A stretch of DNA of 64,000 nt from Firmicutes bacterium UBA3943 (GTDB lineage Bacteria > Bacillota > UBA4882 > UBA10575 > UBA3943): NCBI GenBank assembly GCA_002385625.1, contig DGDV01000047.1, positions 26,304-90,303 on the forward strand, in the 5' to 3' direction. A model generated the notes under the pieces. It worked only from the letters and a program-made list of their open reading frames with translations, was not told the origin of the DNA and made no database searches. Position 1 is the stretch's first letter. Each line of letters starts with the position of its first letter. Below, one piece after another: positions 9,208 to 18,825 of the stretch. The translations under genes and the position numbers were made by a program.

Positions 9208-10218
9208 CTATTTCCCTTGATACTTTTTGATCATGGTTGGTAGGTCCCATGCGGGTACATCTTGCGCATGCCCGGCAGTGCCAAAGGCCTTCATGTGGGT
9301 AATAACCTCTTGGACGATGGCCTCCCGGGCTGCGCCTGCGTAATCCCGTTGGTCAAATTTAGTGGGATTCTCCGCCAAATACTTCCGGGTGGCCGCCGTC
9401 GCTGCCAACCGCAGGTCGGTATCAACATTGATCTTATTGATCCCACAGGCAATGGCCTTTTGGAGCATCTCCAAAGGAACACCGGCGGCATGTTCCAACT
9501 GGCCGCCATACTGATTAATGATGTCAATCAGCTCCCTGGGCACGCTGGAGGAACCGTGGGACACCAAATAAACGTCGGGTAACCGTTTCCGCACTTCTTC
9601 AATGATATCAAAGGCAATTTTGGCTTCACCTTTAAATTTATGGGCGCCGTGGGAGGTCCCAATGGAAATGGCCAATGAGTCCACACCGGTCCGCTCCACA
9701 AACTCTGCCGCCTCATCGGGATCTGTCAAATGTACTTTGCCAGAGCCGACACCGTCCTCAATTCCACCTAAAGTACCCAATTCACCTTCGACGGAAACAC
9801 CCCGGTCATGGGCATATTTAACCACTTCTGATGTGACCTTCACATTATACTCAAAGGTGGACGGGGTCTTTGAATCCTCCATCAAGGAACCGTCAATCAT
9901 GACGGAGGTAAAACCAAGGTCAATGGCACGTTTACAGGTTTCAAAGCTGTTACCGTGATCCAGGTGCATGGCAATGGGGATGTCCGGATTGAGTTCCACA
10001 GCTGCCAGGATAATATTCCGTAAGTAGATATCCTCGGCATATTTCAAAGCTCCCCTGGACATTTGGACAATGATCGGGGAGTTGGTTTCCCGGGCCGCTT
10101 TGGCAATCGCCTGCATCTGCTCCATGTTATTTACATTGTAAGCACCGATGGCAAAAGGCTTCCCATTTCTGTACCCCTGGAGACTGGCTTCCAAAATTGC
10201 CTTTGATGTAACAAGCAT
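9208..10218 (-). CDS. fba: Class II fructose-1,6-bisphosphate aldolase
   Basis: 336 aa. AIGAYNVNNMEQMQAI, IAMHLDHG and SIGTSHGAHKF are typical class II FBA/tagatose-BP aldolase motifs. Confidence 0.9.
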   Translation of the reverse strand: MLVTSKAILEASLQGYRNGKPFAIGAYNVNNMEQMQAIAKAARETNSPIIVQMSRGALKYAEDIYLRNIILAAVELNPDIPIAMHLDHGNSFETCKRAIDLGFTSVMIDGSLMEDSKTPSTFEYNVKVTSEVVKYAHDRGVSVEGELGTLGGIEDGVGSGKVHLTDPDEAAEFVERTGVDSLAISIGTSHGAHKFKGEAKIAFDIIEEVRKRLPDVYLVSHGSSSVPRELIDIINQYGGQLEHAAGVPLEMLQKAIACGINKINVDTDLRLAATAATRKYLAENPTKFDQRDYAGAAREAIVQEVITHMKAFGTAGHAQDVPAWDLPTMIKKYQGK

Positions 10219-10338
10219 CTTTCATCCTCCTAAGAAAAGTATTTAGTGGAAATATTGTTAAAGCCGGCAGGAGTGAAACTTTTCCTGCCGCCATCTAACC
10301 TAATGGTTCTCCGCCGGCAGGCGGCGCCTGAAAGCGTT

Positions 10339-11448
10339 TTACCAGATCACACCGACGCTGCGCAGTTCATCATCATCCCAGTCCACTCCTTTATGGACCA
10401 ATGCCTGTTCGATCGGCACAGAAACAACACGGGGGCCCTGGATCCCCACCATAATCCCGCTTTCACCGGCATATAGACGATCCACGGCGGCAATACCAAA
10501 GCGGGTCCCAAGGTTAATATCCTCCGCCACCGGCGGCAAACCCCGTAAAGAAAAGCCCAAATCGGTGCAGCGTACTTCTTCCAGTTTGGCTAAACCCAAT
10601 TGAATTTTGATAATCCGCCGTAAGATCTGACCCACACCACCCAGTTTGCAGTTGCCGTGGCAATCGGTACCTAGGTTTTCCTCAAGTAAAGCCCGAACCA
10701 CCTGGCTCTCTGCTTTGGCTTTGTTCAAAACCGGATCGTCGGCGGCAAAACGGACGCCTTCTGCGATGACAATATTCACATTATTTTGTTGTTCATATAT
10801 CCTTTGCACGGCAGCACAGACCCGTTCCAGGCTAACCGGGCGTTCAGGAATCAGGATGAGATCGGCGCTGGCCGCCATGCCAATCTCCAAAGCGAGCCAC
10901 CCGGCTTCCCTGCCCATCACTTCCACCACAGAGATCCGCCGGTGGGTCCGGGCGGAATTGATGGTGCTGCGCACTGCTTCTGCCCCAAAGGCCACCGCTG
11001 TCTTAAAGCCCAGCATGGTATCGGTGCCGGAAACGTCGTTATCGATGCTCTTGGGAGCGCAGATCACCGGAAAGCCCCGCGTGGACAAAAGCATGCCTGT
11101 CTTGATGGTATCGTTGCCGCCGGTGGAGAGCACTGCTTCGATGCCAAGGGAACGTAGATTGGCAATGAGCTTTTCCGGCAGGCCTTTGGCAGTGTTCTCC
11201 CGGGAAAAAGGAAAGGAACGGGAGGACTCCAAGATCGTAGAAGGACAACACTCCAAACCCTTTACCCCATCCAACGTTAAAGGCAGTAAATAATCGGCAA
11301 TCCGGTCCGAAACCGCTCCTTCATAAGCTTTACGAATCCCCACAAATTCCGCACCATACTTTAAAATACCATGGCGGACCGCTGCGGCAATAAAGGCGTT
11401 AATCCCTGCGCAGTCTCCTCCTCCAGTCATAATGGCAATCCGTTTCAT
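10339..11448 (-). CDS. pfp: 6-phosphofructokinase, probably PPi-dependent
   Basis: 369 aa. MTGGGDCAGINAFI, STGGNDT and APKSIDNDVSGTD. By-eye alignment puts Asp and Lys at the positions equivalent to E. coli PfkA G104 and G124. Confidence 0.8.
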   Translation of the reverse strand: MKRIAIMTGGGDCAGINAFIAAAVRHGILKYGAEFVGIRKAYEGAVSDRIADYLLPLTLDGVKGLECCPSTILESSRSFPFSRENTAKGLPEKLIANLRSLGIEAVLSTGGNDTIKTGMLLSTRGFPVICAPKSIDNDVSGTDTMLGFKTAVAFGAEAVRSTINSARTHRRISVVEVMGREAGWLALEIGMAASADLILIPERPVSLERVCAAVQRIYEQQNNVNIVIAEGVRFAADDPVLNKAKAESQVVRALLEENLGTDCHGNCKLGGVGQILRRIIKIQLGLAKLEEVRCTDLGFSLRGLPPVAEDINLGTRFGIAAVDRLYAGESGIMVGIQGPRVVSVPIEQALVHKGVDWDDDELRSVGVIW

Positions 11449-11487
11449 CCTTACCCTCCGTCATTATGCTGTTGCTTCAGGAAATTT

Positions 11488-11532
11488 GTTCAAAAAGCAA
11501 ACCATGTTCGCAGCAAAGGAAGAACATGGTTA
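11488..11532 (-). terminator. Intrinsic terminator after the transketolase C-terminal subunit gene
   Basis: 10-bp stem AACCATGTTC/GAACATGGTT (11500-11531) followed on the minus strand by TGCTTTTTG. Confidence 0.7.
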
Positions 11533-12471
11533 CTATTTCCTGTCAATAACCTTCTTGACGGCATTGACGATTGCCTCTGCCGTAAGGCCATACTCCTCCA
11601 TCAGAACGGCCGGTTTACCAGATTGACCGAAGCGGTCTTGAACGGCGACAAACTCCATGGGAACCGGCGCATTTCTGACAACCACTTCTGCCACGGCACC
11701 CGACAAGCCGCCCATGAAGTTATGTTCCTCCGCTGTCACAATAGCCCCTGTGGCCCGGGCAGCAACGATGATGGCCGCCTCATCCAAGGGTTTGATGGTA
11801 TGGATATTCAATACCTTGATTTGTATCCCCGCTTGGGCCAGTTGTTCTGCAGCAATTAATGCTTTCTCGGTCATCACGCCTGTTGCGCAGACAGTGGCCG
11901 CATCGCCCTCCCTGAGGGTCACCGCTTTGCCAATCTCCGGCTGGTAGTCAGTGGGGAAGATGACATTCAGCGGCTCGCGGCCCAAACGAATATAGACCGG
12001 TCCTTGGTAGCGGGCGGCAGCATAGACCAGTTGCTCCGTTTCCACCGCATCCGCCGGCGACAGAACAACCATGCCCGGGATAGCCCGCATTAAAGTGATG
12101 TCTTCGATCATTTGGTGGGAAGCGCCGTCCTCCCCCACGGTAATCCCAGCGTGGGTAGCAGCGATCTTAACATTTAAGTGAGGATAGCCAACGGAATTAC
12201 GAACTTGGTCATAAGCCCGCCCAGCGGCAAAGACCGCAAAAGTACTGGCAAAGGGGATCTTGCCTGCAGTGGCCAGTCCCGCGGCGGTAGAGATCATATC
12301 CGCTTCGGCAATCCCCATTTGAAAGAAACGATCGGGATACTCCTTGGCAAAGCCTGCGGTTTTGGTGGATTTGGACAAGTCGGCGTCCAAAACCACCACG
12401 TCGGGGTTTTCTGCGCCCAACCGCAACAAGGCCTTTCCATAAGCATCCCGGGTGGCGATTTTATCTCCCAT
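11533..12471 (-). CDS. Transketolase, C-terminal (pyrimidine-binding) subunit
   Basis: 312 aa. FFQMGIAEADMISTAAGLA and GEDGASHQMIEDI. Confidence 0.9.
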   Translation of the reverse strand: MGDKIATRDAYGKALLRLGAENPDVVVLDADLSKSTKTAGFAKEYPDRFFQMGIAEADMISTAAGLATAGKIPFASTFAVFAAGRAYDQVRNSVGYPHLNVKIAATHAGITVGEDGASHQMIEDITLMRAIPGMVVLSPADAVETEQLVYAAARYQGPVYIRLGREPLNVIFPTDYQPEIGKAVTLREGDAATVCATGVMTEKALIAAEQLAQAGIQIKVLNIHTIKPLDEAAIIVAARATGAIVTAEEHNFMGGLSGAVAEVVVRNAPVPMEFVAVQDRFGQSGKPAVLMEEYGLTAEAIVNAVKKVIDRK

Positions 12472-12521
12472 TATGGTCTCCCCTCTTCATCATCCGGTGG
12501 CACCGGCATTGCATTTTTAGC

Positions 12522-13346
12522 TCAAAACCCCAGTTCCTTCAGGCCTTCATCCCGTTCCTCAATCTTCGGGGCCATGCCGTGCCAACCTGCTTGGTTTTCC
12601 ATGAATGATACGCCTTTGCCCTTCACTGTCCGGAGGATGATTAGCGACGGACCCTCCTTATATTCTTCCGCGGCGGTCATCGCTTGGTCAATGGCAACAA
12701 TATCATGGCCGTCACACTCCAGCACATTCCAACCAAAACTCTTAAAGCGGCTGCCCGGGTCTTTGAAGGATATGACATCTTCCACATTCCCGTCGATCTG
12801 GAGACGGTTATAGTCCAAAAATGCCGTCAGCCGGTTCAACCGGTAATGCACAGAGGTCATTGCCGCTTCCCAGACCTGTCCCTCTTCACACTCACCGTCG
12901 CCCAACAGCACATAAACCCGATTGTCGATCCCGTCCAAACGGGCAGCCAAGGCCATCCCGTTGGCCGCCGACAGCCCTTGTCCTAATGACCCGGTGGAAA
13001 ACTCCACTCCGGGTGTCCTCTTCATATCCGGGTGGCCCTGCAAGTGGCTGCCGAACTTCCGCAACGAATCCAGATCCGTCTTGGGAAAGTAACCGGCCTC
13101 GGCCAAGGCGGCATAAAGGACGGGGGCAGCATGCCCTTTGGAAAGAACAAAACGGTCCCGTTCCCTCCAGTTGGGATTGCCGGGATCGTGACGCATCTTA
13201 TAAAAATAAAGGTAAGCCAGGAGATCGGCGGCGGATAAAGAACCACCGGGATGGCCGGAGCCGGCGGCCGCAAGCATTCGGAGAATATCGGCCCTGAGCT
13301 GGCGCGCCTTCTCCTTTAATTCACTAAGCTTAGCCTCGCTTAACAT
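12522..13346 (-). CDS. Transketolase, N-terminal (TPP-binding) subunit
   Basis: 274 aa. GSGHPGGSLSAADL, LSKGHAAPVLYA and LLGDGECEEGQVWEA. Confidence 0.9.
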   Translation of the reverse strand: MLSEAKLSELKEKARQLRADILRMLAAAGSGHPGGSLSAADLLAYLYFYKMRHDPGNPNWRERDRFVLSKGHAAPVLYAALAEAGYFPKTDLDSLRKFGSHLQGHPDMKRTPGVEFSTGSLGQGLSAANGMALAARLDGIDNRVYVLLGDGECEEGQVWEAAMTSVHYRLNRLTAFLDYNRLQIDGNVEDVISFKDPGSRFKSFGWNVLECDGHDIVAIDQAMTAAEEYKEGPSLIILRTVKGKGVSFMENQAGWHGMAPKIEERDEGLKELGF

Positions 13347-13469
13347 ATATTTTTCACTCCTTTTAAGGTACCACCATTTTTTCGTCAGAAGTCCAAAAAT
13401 ATCCTCCTATTTTACCAAGCACTTATATATTTTAACCGAAAAGTAACTCAGGCAATCCGTCTTTGTGAC

Positions 13470-13500
13470 AAAAAAAGCGTACCCGCAACAGTACGCCTTT
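13470..13500 (-). terminator. Intrinsic terminator after the 135-aa ORF
   Basis: GCGTAC-tgttgcgg-GTACGC followed by TTTTTTT on the minus strand. Confidence 0.7.
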
Positions 13501-13580
13501 TCTCCCCTTGAATCAGGGACTAAGACCGACAGAATCAATGCCGTAAAGGTGTAACAGGGGGCTTTGCCGTTATTACCATT

Positions 13581-13988
13581 CTACCATTCGTTGTAGATGT
13601 CTCGACGCTCTGAAGGGCTGGTATGTTCACTGGATAAACCGGGGGAAAAATCATCCTCCTGCCCCTCGTCTCCATCCTCTTCCTGTTCTTCCCCACCATA
13701 ATCCTCCGTGGCCATGACCGATTGCTCCTTGCTTTGCTCGAGCCGGACCAATTGTTCTTCCAACTTAATGATTGCCTGTTCCATACGACCTACCCGGTAC
13801 TCAAAATCGCTTTTTAAGACCAATACATAACCCCAGGCATAAATCAGGAAATAAATCAGGAAATCCTTGGGTTCAAAGGCATCTTTCACAATAGCCCAGA
13901 GTATGCTCAGGGAAGCCACAACAAATAGGGTCATGCCAAAGTAATAATTGGTATCGCGGTCCAATTTTAGGGGAATCAGTTTTCTCAT
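13581..13988 (-). CDS. Small membrane protein with coiled-coil and acidic tail, function unknown
   Basis: 135 aa with two hydrophobic helices, then IIKLEEQLVRLEQSKEQ and an E/D-rich tail. Its ATG overlaps the scpB stop (ATGA). Confidence 0.5.
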   Translation of the reverse strand: MRKLIPLKLDRDTNYYFGMTLFVVASLSILWAIVKDAFEPKDFLIYFLIYAWGYVLVLKSDFEYRVGRMEQAIIKLEEQLVRLEQSKEQSVMATEDYGGEEQEEDGDEGQEDDFSPGLSSEHTSPSERRDIYNEW

Positions 13989-14611
13989 TCCGGTTCCGCC
14001 TCCTGTTTGGTCTCAGACTTATCCTCCCCGTCTTGCCCGGGTTCATTAGCCATTGTTGTCCAATCCTCCAATGCCGGCAGTTCCCGCAGATCATTCAAGC
14101 CAAAATACTGCAGGAACTTTTGGGTGGTTCCATACAGGATAGGGCGTCCCGGCGCATCTTTCCGCCCGGCCTCCCGGATCAAACCCCGTTCCAACAAAGT
14201 AGTGATGGCACTGTCCACCCGAACCCCCCGCAAGGCTTCGATCTCCGCCCGGGTGATCGGTTGTTTGTAAGCAATGATCGCCAAAGTCTCAATTGCTGCA
14301 GGAGAGAGCCCCACATTCCTGGGGGTTTGGTGCAGCTTTTCCACATAATCGGCACAAGCGGGGTTTGTCATAAATTGGTATCCCTGGGCCACTTCTACAA
14401 TGCGGATCCCCTTCGTTTCTTGATTGTACTCGGCAATCAGATCGCTGAGGAGCTGTTTGACCGTGTGCTCGTGGATACCGGTAATCTCCGCAATCTCCCG
14501 GAGACGAATGGGTTCTGACGATGCAAAGACCAGAGCTTCGATGACCGCCCGGGCCTTATTGAGATTCAACGGTTTCTCCCTCCCCAAATGTGGTGATGGC
14601 AATCTCACCAA
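13985..14611 (-). CDS. scpB: Segregation and condensation protein B
   Basis: AVIEALVFASSEPIRLREIAEITG and ITRAEIEALRGVRVDSAITTLLERGLI (winged-helix repeats). The start is uncertain because the track ORF overlaps scpA by 56 nt. Confidence 0.85.
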   Translation of the reverse strand: MVRLPSPHLGREKPLNLNKARAVIEALVFASSEPIRLREIAEITGIHEHTVKQLLSDLIAEYNQETKGIRIVEVAQGYQFMTNPACADYVEKLHQTPRNVGLSPAAIETLAIIAYKQPITRAEIEALRGVRVDSAITTLLERGLIREAGRKDAPGRPILYGTTQKFLQYFGLNDLRELPALEDWTTMANEPGQDGEDKSETKQEAEPE

Positions 14612-15332
14612 AGGGGCGATCCTGAGCCGCCCGAATGCGTTTAAGACGAATCAACTCCAAAAGCGCTAAGAAGGTAGTAATAAGTCCTTTTCGGGTCGTC
14701 ACGCCCTCTACCAGTTGTGAGAAGACCATCCTACCATGCAGCATCAAGCGGGAAAGGATATCATTCATCCGCTCCTTGATGGAAATCTCCTCTTTGGGCA
14801 TGCCTTTCAATTCGGGCCGGGGCGTAAAACTGTCCAACACCGCCTGGAATGCTTCCAAAAGATCCCAAATAGAAATACCGCCGCCCGGATCCTCCACCGG
14901 CGCAATCACCTGATCCGGAAACTCACCGCCAACACGTGGGTAAAACCGGCTAAACTCCTCCTCCCGTCGGCGCAGTTCCAAGGCGGCCTCCTTAAACTTC
15001 TTATACTCCACAAGCCGTTCCACCAGCTCCGACCGGGGATCTTCTTCCTCTTCCTCCGTCTCGTCCAAGGTCACTGGCGGGGGTTTGGGTAAAAGCATCC
15101 TGGCTTTAATCTGCATCAAAGTGGCGGCAACCACCAAAAACTCCCCGGCCACCGTTAAATTCAGCATTTGCATGGTTTGAATATAGGCCAAGAACTGGTC
15201 TGTCACCAGTGCAATCGGGATGTCATAGATATTCAATTGGTTGCGTTCAATCAGATGCAACAACAGGTCGAAAGGTCCTTCAAAAACCTCTAACTTAATC
15301 TCATAACTCATATTTCCATGGCCTGTTTGCAC
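14556..15332 (-). CDS. scpA: Segregation and condensation protein A
   Basis: LEVFEGPFDLLLHLIERNQLNIYDIPIALVTDQFLAY. The true start may be the internal Met at 15311. Confidence 0.88.
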   Translation of the reverse strand: MQTGHGNMSYEIKLEVFEGPFDLLLHLIERNQLNIYDIPIALVTDQFLAYIQTMQMLNLTVAGEFLVVAATLMQIKARMLLPKPPPVTLDETEEEEEDPRSELVERLVEYKKFKEAALELRRREEEFSRFYPRVGGEFPDQVIAPVEDPGGGISIWDLLEAFQAVLDSFTPRPELKGMPKEEISIKERMNDILSRLMLHGRMVFSQLVEGVTTRKGLITTFLALLELIRLKRIRAAQDRPFGEIAITTFGEGETVESQ

Positions 15333-15478
15333 ACTTCAGAGCTTCCTCTGCTTCTGCCCGGCCTTTTTGCTCCTTTATGCAAAATATCATCGGTTCTTCC
15401 ATAAGGCACCGCCCATCTTTATTCTTTCAAAAACACCGCGGGAACCATCGCCCGGGCTAGTTGCAGTCAGAACCGGCT

Positions 15479-15994
15479 TTATACCTGTTCATCAGCGATC
15501 TTAAGATAGTGAAACTCCGGCGATAGGTTAGCGCCCAAAGGAGCATGGTGTTTTTGGATCAACTCTGCCACCGTCGGATCAATTCCTAATGACAACGCCA
15601 TGTAAGCGCCGCGTTTCGGATGAACGAGATCTACATAACAGGCATAACGCAAAGGCCGGCTGCGGTCCCGACGGGAGAGCCTTTTGCGGATTTCCGGGGC
15701 AAACCGGCGCAAAAAACCAACAATAACCCGGTGGCATTTTTTCATGTCCCCCCGGACCTTGCCTGAATCGTGCAAAAGGGCGGCCTGAATCAGCCTTTCC
15801 GTGTCGACGCCCCGCCGAAAGGCCACTTCCCGCAGGAGGTAACGGGCAACCTTCAAGGTATGTTGCTGATCCACCAAGTCCATCTGATAAAACAAAAACC
15901 GGCCTGGCTCATCCAGGTAGTTGGCGACCAGCGCATGATCATTCTCCGATAAACCTTTAACGAAAAGATCAGAAAGCCGCGATAACCAGCCCAC
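15479..15994 (-). CDS. HD-domain phosphohydrolase family protein
   Basis: 171 aa. QHTLKVARY...AALLHDSGK (H...HD signature). Confidence 0.65.
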   Translation of the reverse strand: MGWLSRLSDLFVKGLSENDHALVANYLDEPGRFLFYQMDLVDQQHTLKVARYLLREVAFRRGVDTERLIQAALLHDSGKVRGDMKKCHRVIVGFLRRFAPEIRKRLSRRDRSRPLRYACYVDLVHPKRGAYMALSLGIDPTVAELIQKHHAPLGANLSPEFHYLKIADEQV

Positions 15995-16022
15995 GGTATT
16001 CCTCCTCCACCGGACCTCAAAC

Positions 16023-16652
16023 CTACGCCAACCAATAATTAGTGAACAGGTGAAACAATACCCGCAAGGGTAGATCGATCACTAGCCCGAAAAACCGGGG
16101 GAAAACCAGTATAATGCCCATCAGAACCAAAAAGCCGTATTGTTCTAACCACGCCAAAAACTCAAAAGCCTTCCCCCGCATGAAATACAACAGAACCCTG
16201 GAACCGTCCAGCGGCGGAATAGGAATCAAATTAAACAAGGCCAGGGAGAGATTCATGGCTACGGCTATAGCCAAGAACTTTAGCACGATTGGATCAGGCT
16301 GGGGCAAAAACCGGAGAAACAACCCGAAAATCGCCGCCAGGCCGATGTTGGACAAGGGACCGGCCACAGCAACCTGGAGCATCCCCTTCAGCGGGTTACG
16401 GAAATAACCGGGGTTAATCATGACCGGCTTCGCCCAGCCAAAACCTCTGCCCGACAAGGCACTGATAATCATGGCAAATGTCCCTACAGGGTCTAAATGA
16501 GCCAGAGGATTGAGGGTCAAACGTCCGTCACGTTTTGGTGTGGGATCGCCTAATTTGTAGGCGACAAATCCGTGGGCCATTTCATGGACGGATAAGGAGA
16601 ACAACACCAATGGCACCACCATGATTAGTTCACGCAAACGTTCAGGACTCAT
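16023..16652 (-). CDS. M50-family (site-2 protease like) zinc metalloprotease
   Basis: HEMAHGFVAYKLGD (HExxH inside a TM helix) and NLIPIPPLDGSRV. Start placed at MSPERL with an AAAGGAGAG RBS. Confidence 0.8.
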   Translation of the reverse strand: MSPERLRELIMVVPLVLFSLSVHEMAHGFVAYKLGDPTPKRDGRLTLNPLAHLDPVGTFAMIISALSGRGFGWAKPVMINPGYFRNPLKGMLQVAVAGPLSNIGLAAIFGLFLRFLPQPDPIVLKFLAIAVAMNLSLALFNLIPIPPLDGSRVLLYFMRGKAFEFLAWLEQYGFLVLMGIILVFPRFFGLVIDLPLRVLFHLFTNYWLA

Positions 16653-16737
16653 CCAAACTCTCCTTTCAGACAGAAACCACGAATTATTATAACATATTTC
16701 CAAATTCACTCCAACAAATTAAATTCAGTAGAAGTTC

Positions 16738-18396
16738 CTAGTTGACGAAACAGCTTTGGCCGATGAACTCCCGCAGAATCGAGTTGATGGGCACCTCGCT
16801 GTCATCCATGGGCAGGAAATAACCGAGGAACTTCAACAACCGTTTGGCCTCCGGGTACACGGGGTCATCAGGGCCAATGGTCATCAACAACGGTTCAGCA
16901 TAGCGCTTAAGCACCGCCAGTTCATAGCTGAGAGCCGAATTAAAAATGGCATCGGCTTCCTCCTGGAAGGGGAAGATATTCCGCTCCTCCCCTCGCCGGA
17001 CCATGGGCCACAGGGCGATGGTGGTGCGAGCGTCATGGGCCCGGAATTGACTGTCCCGGACAATTCGGCGCAGCAACCGGTTGTCAGTGGTGGGAATCCG
17101 GTTGTGGTCATCCACATTCAGCTGAGTCAAGGCACTGATGTAAATCTTAAACTTCCGCTCCTTTGGCACCGCTTCGGTTAAGCGGTCATTCAACCCGTGA
17201 ATGCCTTCAATGATCAAAGGCTGCTCCTGGTTGATCCGCACCCGGTGACCCCGGTATTCCCGTTGCCCGGTCTGGAAATTAAAGACCGGAAGTTCTATTT
17301 CTTCTCCTTGAATCAGCTGGATCAGGTGTTCATTGAAGAGCTCCAGGTCAATGGCTTCCAGTGCTTCATAGTCCGGCTTACCATCCTCATCCCGGGGAGT
17401 ATGGGAACGGTCCACAAAATAGTCATCAATGGAGATGGCCAAAGGTTTTAACCCGTTAACCCGTAATTGCACAGAAAGACGTTGGGCAAAGGTTGTCTTC
17501 CCGGAAGAGGACGGACCGGCCACCAAGATTACCCGGACCCTTCCTTTATCTTTAGTAATCTCATCCGCCAATTGCGCCAGTTTCTTTTCGTGTAGGGCCT
17601 CGGCAATCCGAATAATCTCCCCCGACTTTCCTTGGGCAATTAGTTCATTTAACCCCCCCACGTGGGGGATCTCCAGCACTTTCCCCCACTGCTCGAACTC
17701 GTAAAAAACCCGGGCCAACTTCCGTTGTTCCACAAAGGCCGGTAACTCCGTCGGACATTCCCGTTGAGGAAAGCGCAAGATAAACCCGGGAAGGTAAAAT
17801 TTCAACCCAAAGACCTTCAGGTACCCGGTACGTGGAACCATATAGCCGTAAAAATAATCAAAGCAATCGCCGCATTTATAGACGCGCACATAGTCTTTCC
17901 GGCGAAAACTCAAAAGTTTAACCTTATCCATCTGGTTCTGATCCCGGAACAACTTGATGGCTTCTTCCCGGGGAAGAGTGATCTTCTCAATGGCATCATT
18001 GGCCGTAATGATCTCCCGCATCCGGTCTTCAACGGTCCGGATGTCCTTTTCGGTCACCGGCCGCCCGATATAAAGCTCCCCGAAGATCCCTTTGGATAAC
18101 GAGTGTTCGATGGTGACCTTGCAACCGGGAAAGATCTCCTGGGCGGCCCGGACCAGCACAAAGATAAGACTGCGCCAATAGATGCGGATACCGTCGGTGG
18201 AGGTTAAATCCACCGGAGTAATTACACTATCCTGAAGGGGAGCAAAGGTCAACTCTTTAAGTTCGTTACCCACCTTTGCCGCCACCGTAATTCCCTGCTC
18301 TCCCCACTGGGGCTGCAACATCGCTTCCAACGTGGTCCCCTTGGGAAACTCCCGTACACTCCCATCGGGAAACGTCATCCGTACAAAATCTGTCAT
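16738..18396 (-). CDS. TGS-domain protein fused to a P-loop uridine-kinase/PRK-like domain
   Basis: 552 aa. N-terminal MTFPDGSVREFPKGTTLEAM is TGS-like. Walker A is VAGPSSSGKTTFAQRL. IIEGIHGLN and LLRRIVRDSQFR match the Udk/PRK family. Confidence 0.75.
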   Translation of the reverse strand: MTDFVRMTFPDGSVREFPKGTTLEAMLQPQWGEQGITVAAKVGNELKELTFAPLQDSVITPVDLTSTDGIRIYWRSLIFVLVRAAQEIFPGCKVTIEHSLSKGIFGELYIGRPVTEKDIRTVEDRMREIITANDAIEKITLPREEAIKLFRDQNQMDKVKLLSFRRKDYVRVYKCGDCFDYFYGYMVPRTGYLKVFGLKFYLPGFILRFPQRECPTELPAFVEQRKLARVFYEFEQWGKVLEIPHVGGLNELIAQGKSGEIIRIAEALHEKKLAQLADEITKDKGRVRVILVAGPSSSGKTTFAQRLSVQLRVNGLKPLAISIDDYFVDRSHTPRDEDGKPDYEALEAIDLELFNEHLIQLIQGEEIELPVFNFQTGQREYRGHRVRINQEQPLIIEGIHGLNDRLTEAVPKERKFKIYISALTQLNVDDHNRIPTTDNRLLRRIVRDSQFRAHDARTTIALWPMVRRGEERNIFPFQEEADAIFNSALSYELAVLKRYAEPLLMTIGPDDPVYPEAKRLLKFLGYFLPMDDSEVPINSILREFIGQSCFVN

Positions 18397-18601
18397 CTGG
18401 CAACCTCCCCGCCTATTAAAAACCTTACTTCATTCTTGATGCTTTCTTGCCTATTTATAGGATATTTGTATTGTACCAGCTTCGCATAGTTTTAACGCCA
18501 CTTAAACGAATTTCGCGTCTTGGCGGTCAAACTCGCCGGAGGCCGGCATCAAACCGGTTATTTTGTCTATTGGTCGCCGGAATTACCATATGGATATTCG
18601 T

Positions 18602-18634
18602 CAAAAAAAGAAAACTCCCTTTTATGGGAGGGAG
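18602..18634 (-). terminator. Intrinsic terminator downstream of the PBP gene
   Basis: Minus strand CTCCC-ataaaa-GGGAG followed by TTTTCTTTTTTT. Confidence 0.65.
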
Positions 18635-18825
18635 AAAAGCAAAATACCGGCGAAAATCAAGTTGTTAATTGCTATAAACACCGTATACAAGGTAATTCCC
18701 CAACCGGCAGCAAATTCGAAAAACAATACGAAGCGACCATGTATATTGTTCTTAACAGCCGTATCAAGGCTCTAAACGGCAGTATAAAGAAATTGCCTGA
18801 CAATTTGGGAGTTTTCCGTGAGTAA

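Noticed and set aside
18397-18825. Plus-strand ORFs 18447-18668, 18520-18825 and 18563-18775, and a ~36-codon hydrophobic minus-strand frame ending at ~18623
   Set aside because: The plus ORFs overlap each other in a promoter/terminator region and look non-coding. The small hydrophobic frame (…LFFEFAAGWGITLYTVFIAINNLIFAGILLFSLP) has no ATG start or convincing RBS, so I did not call it.
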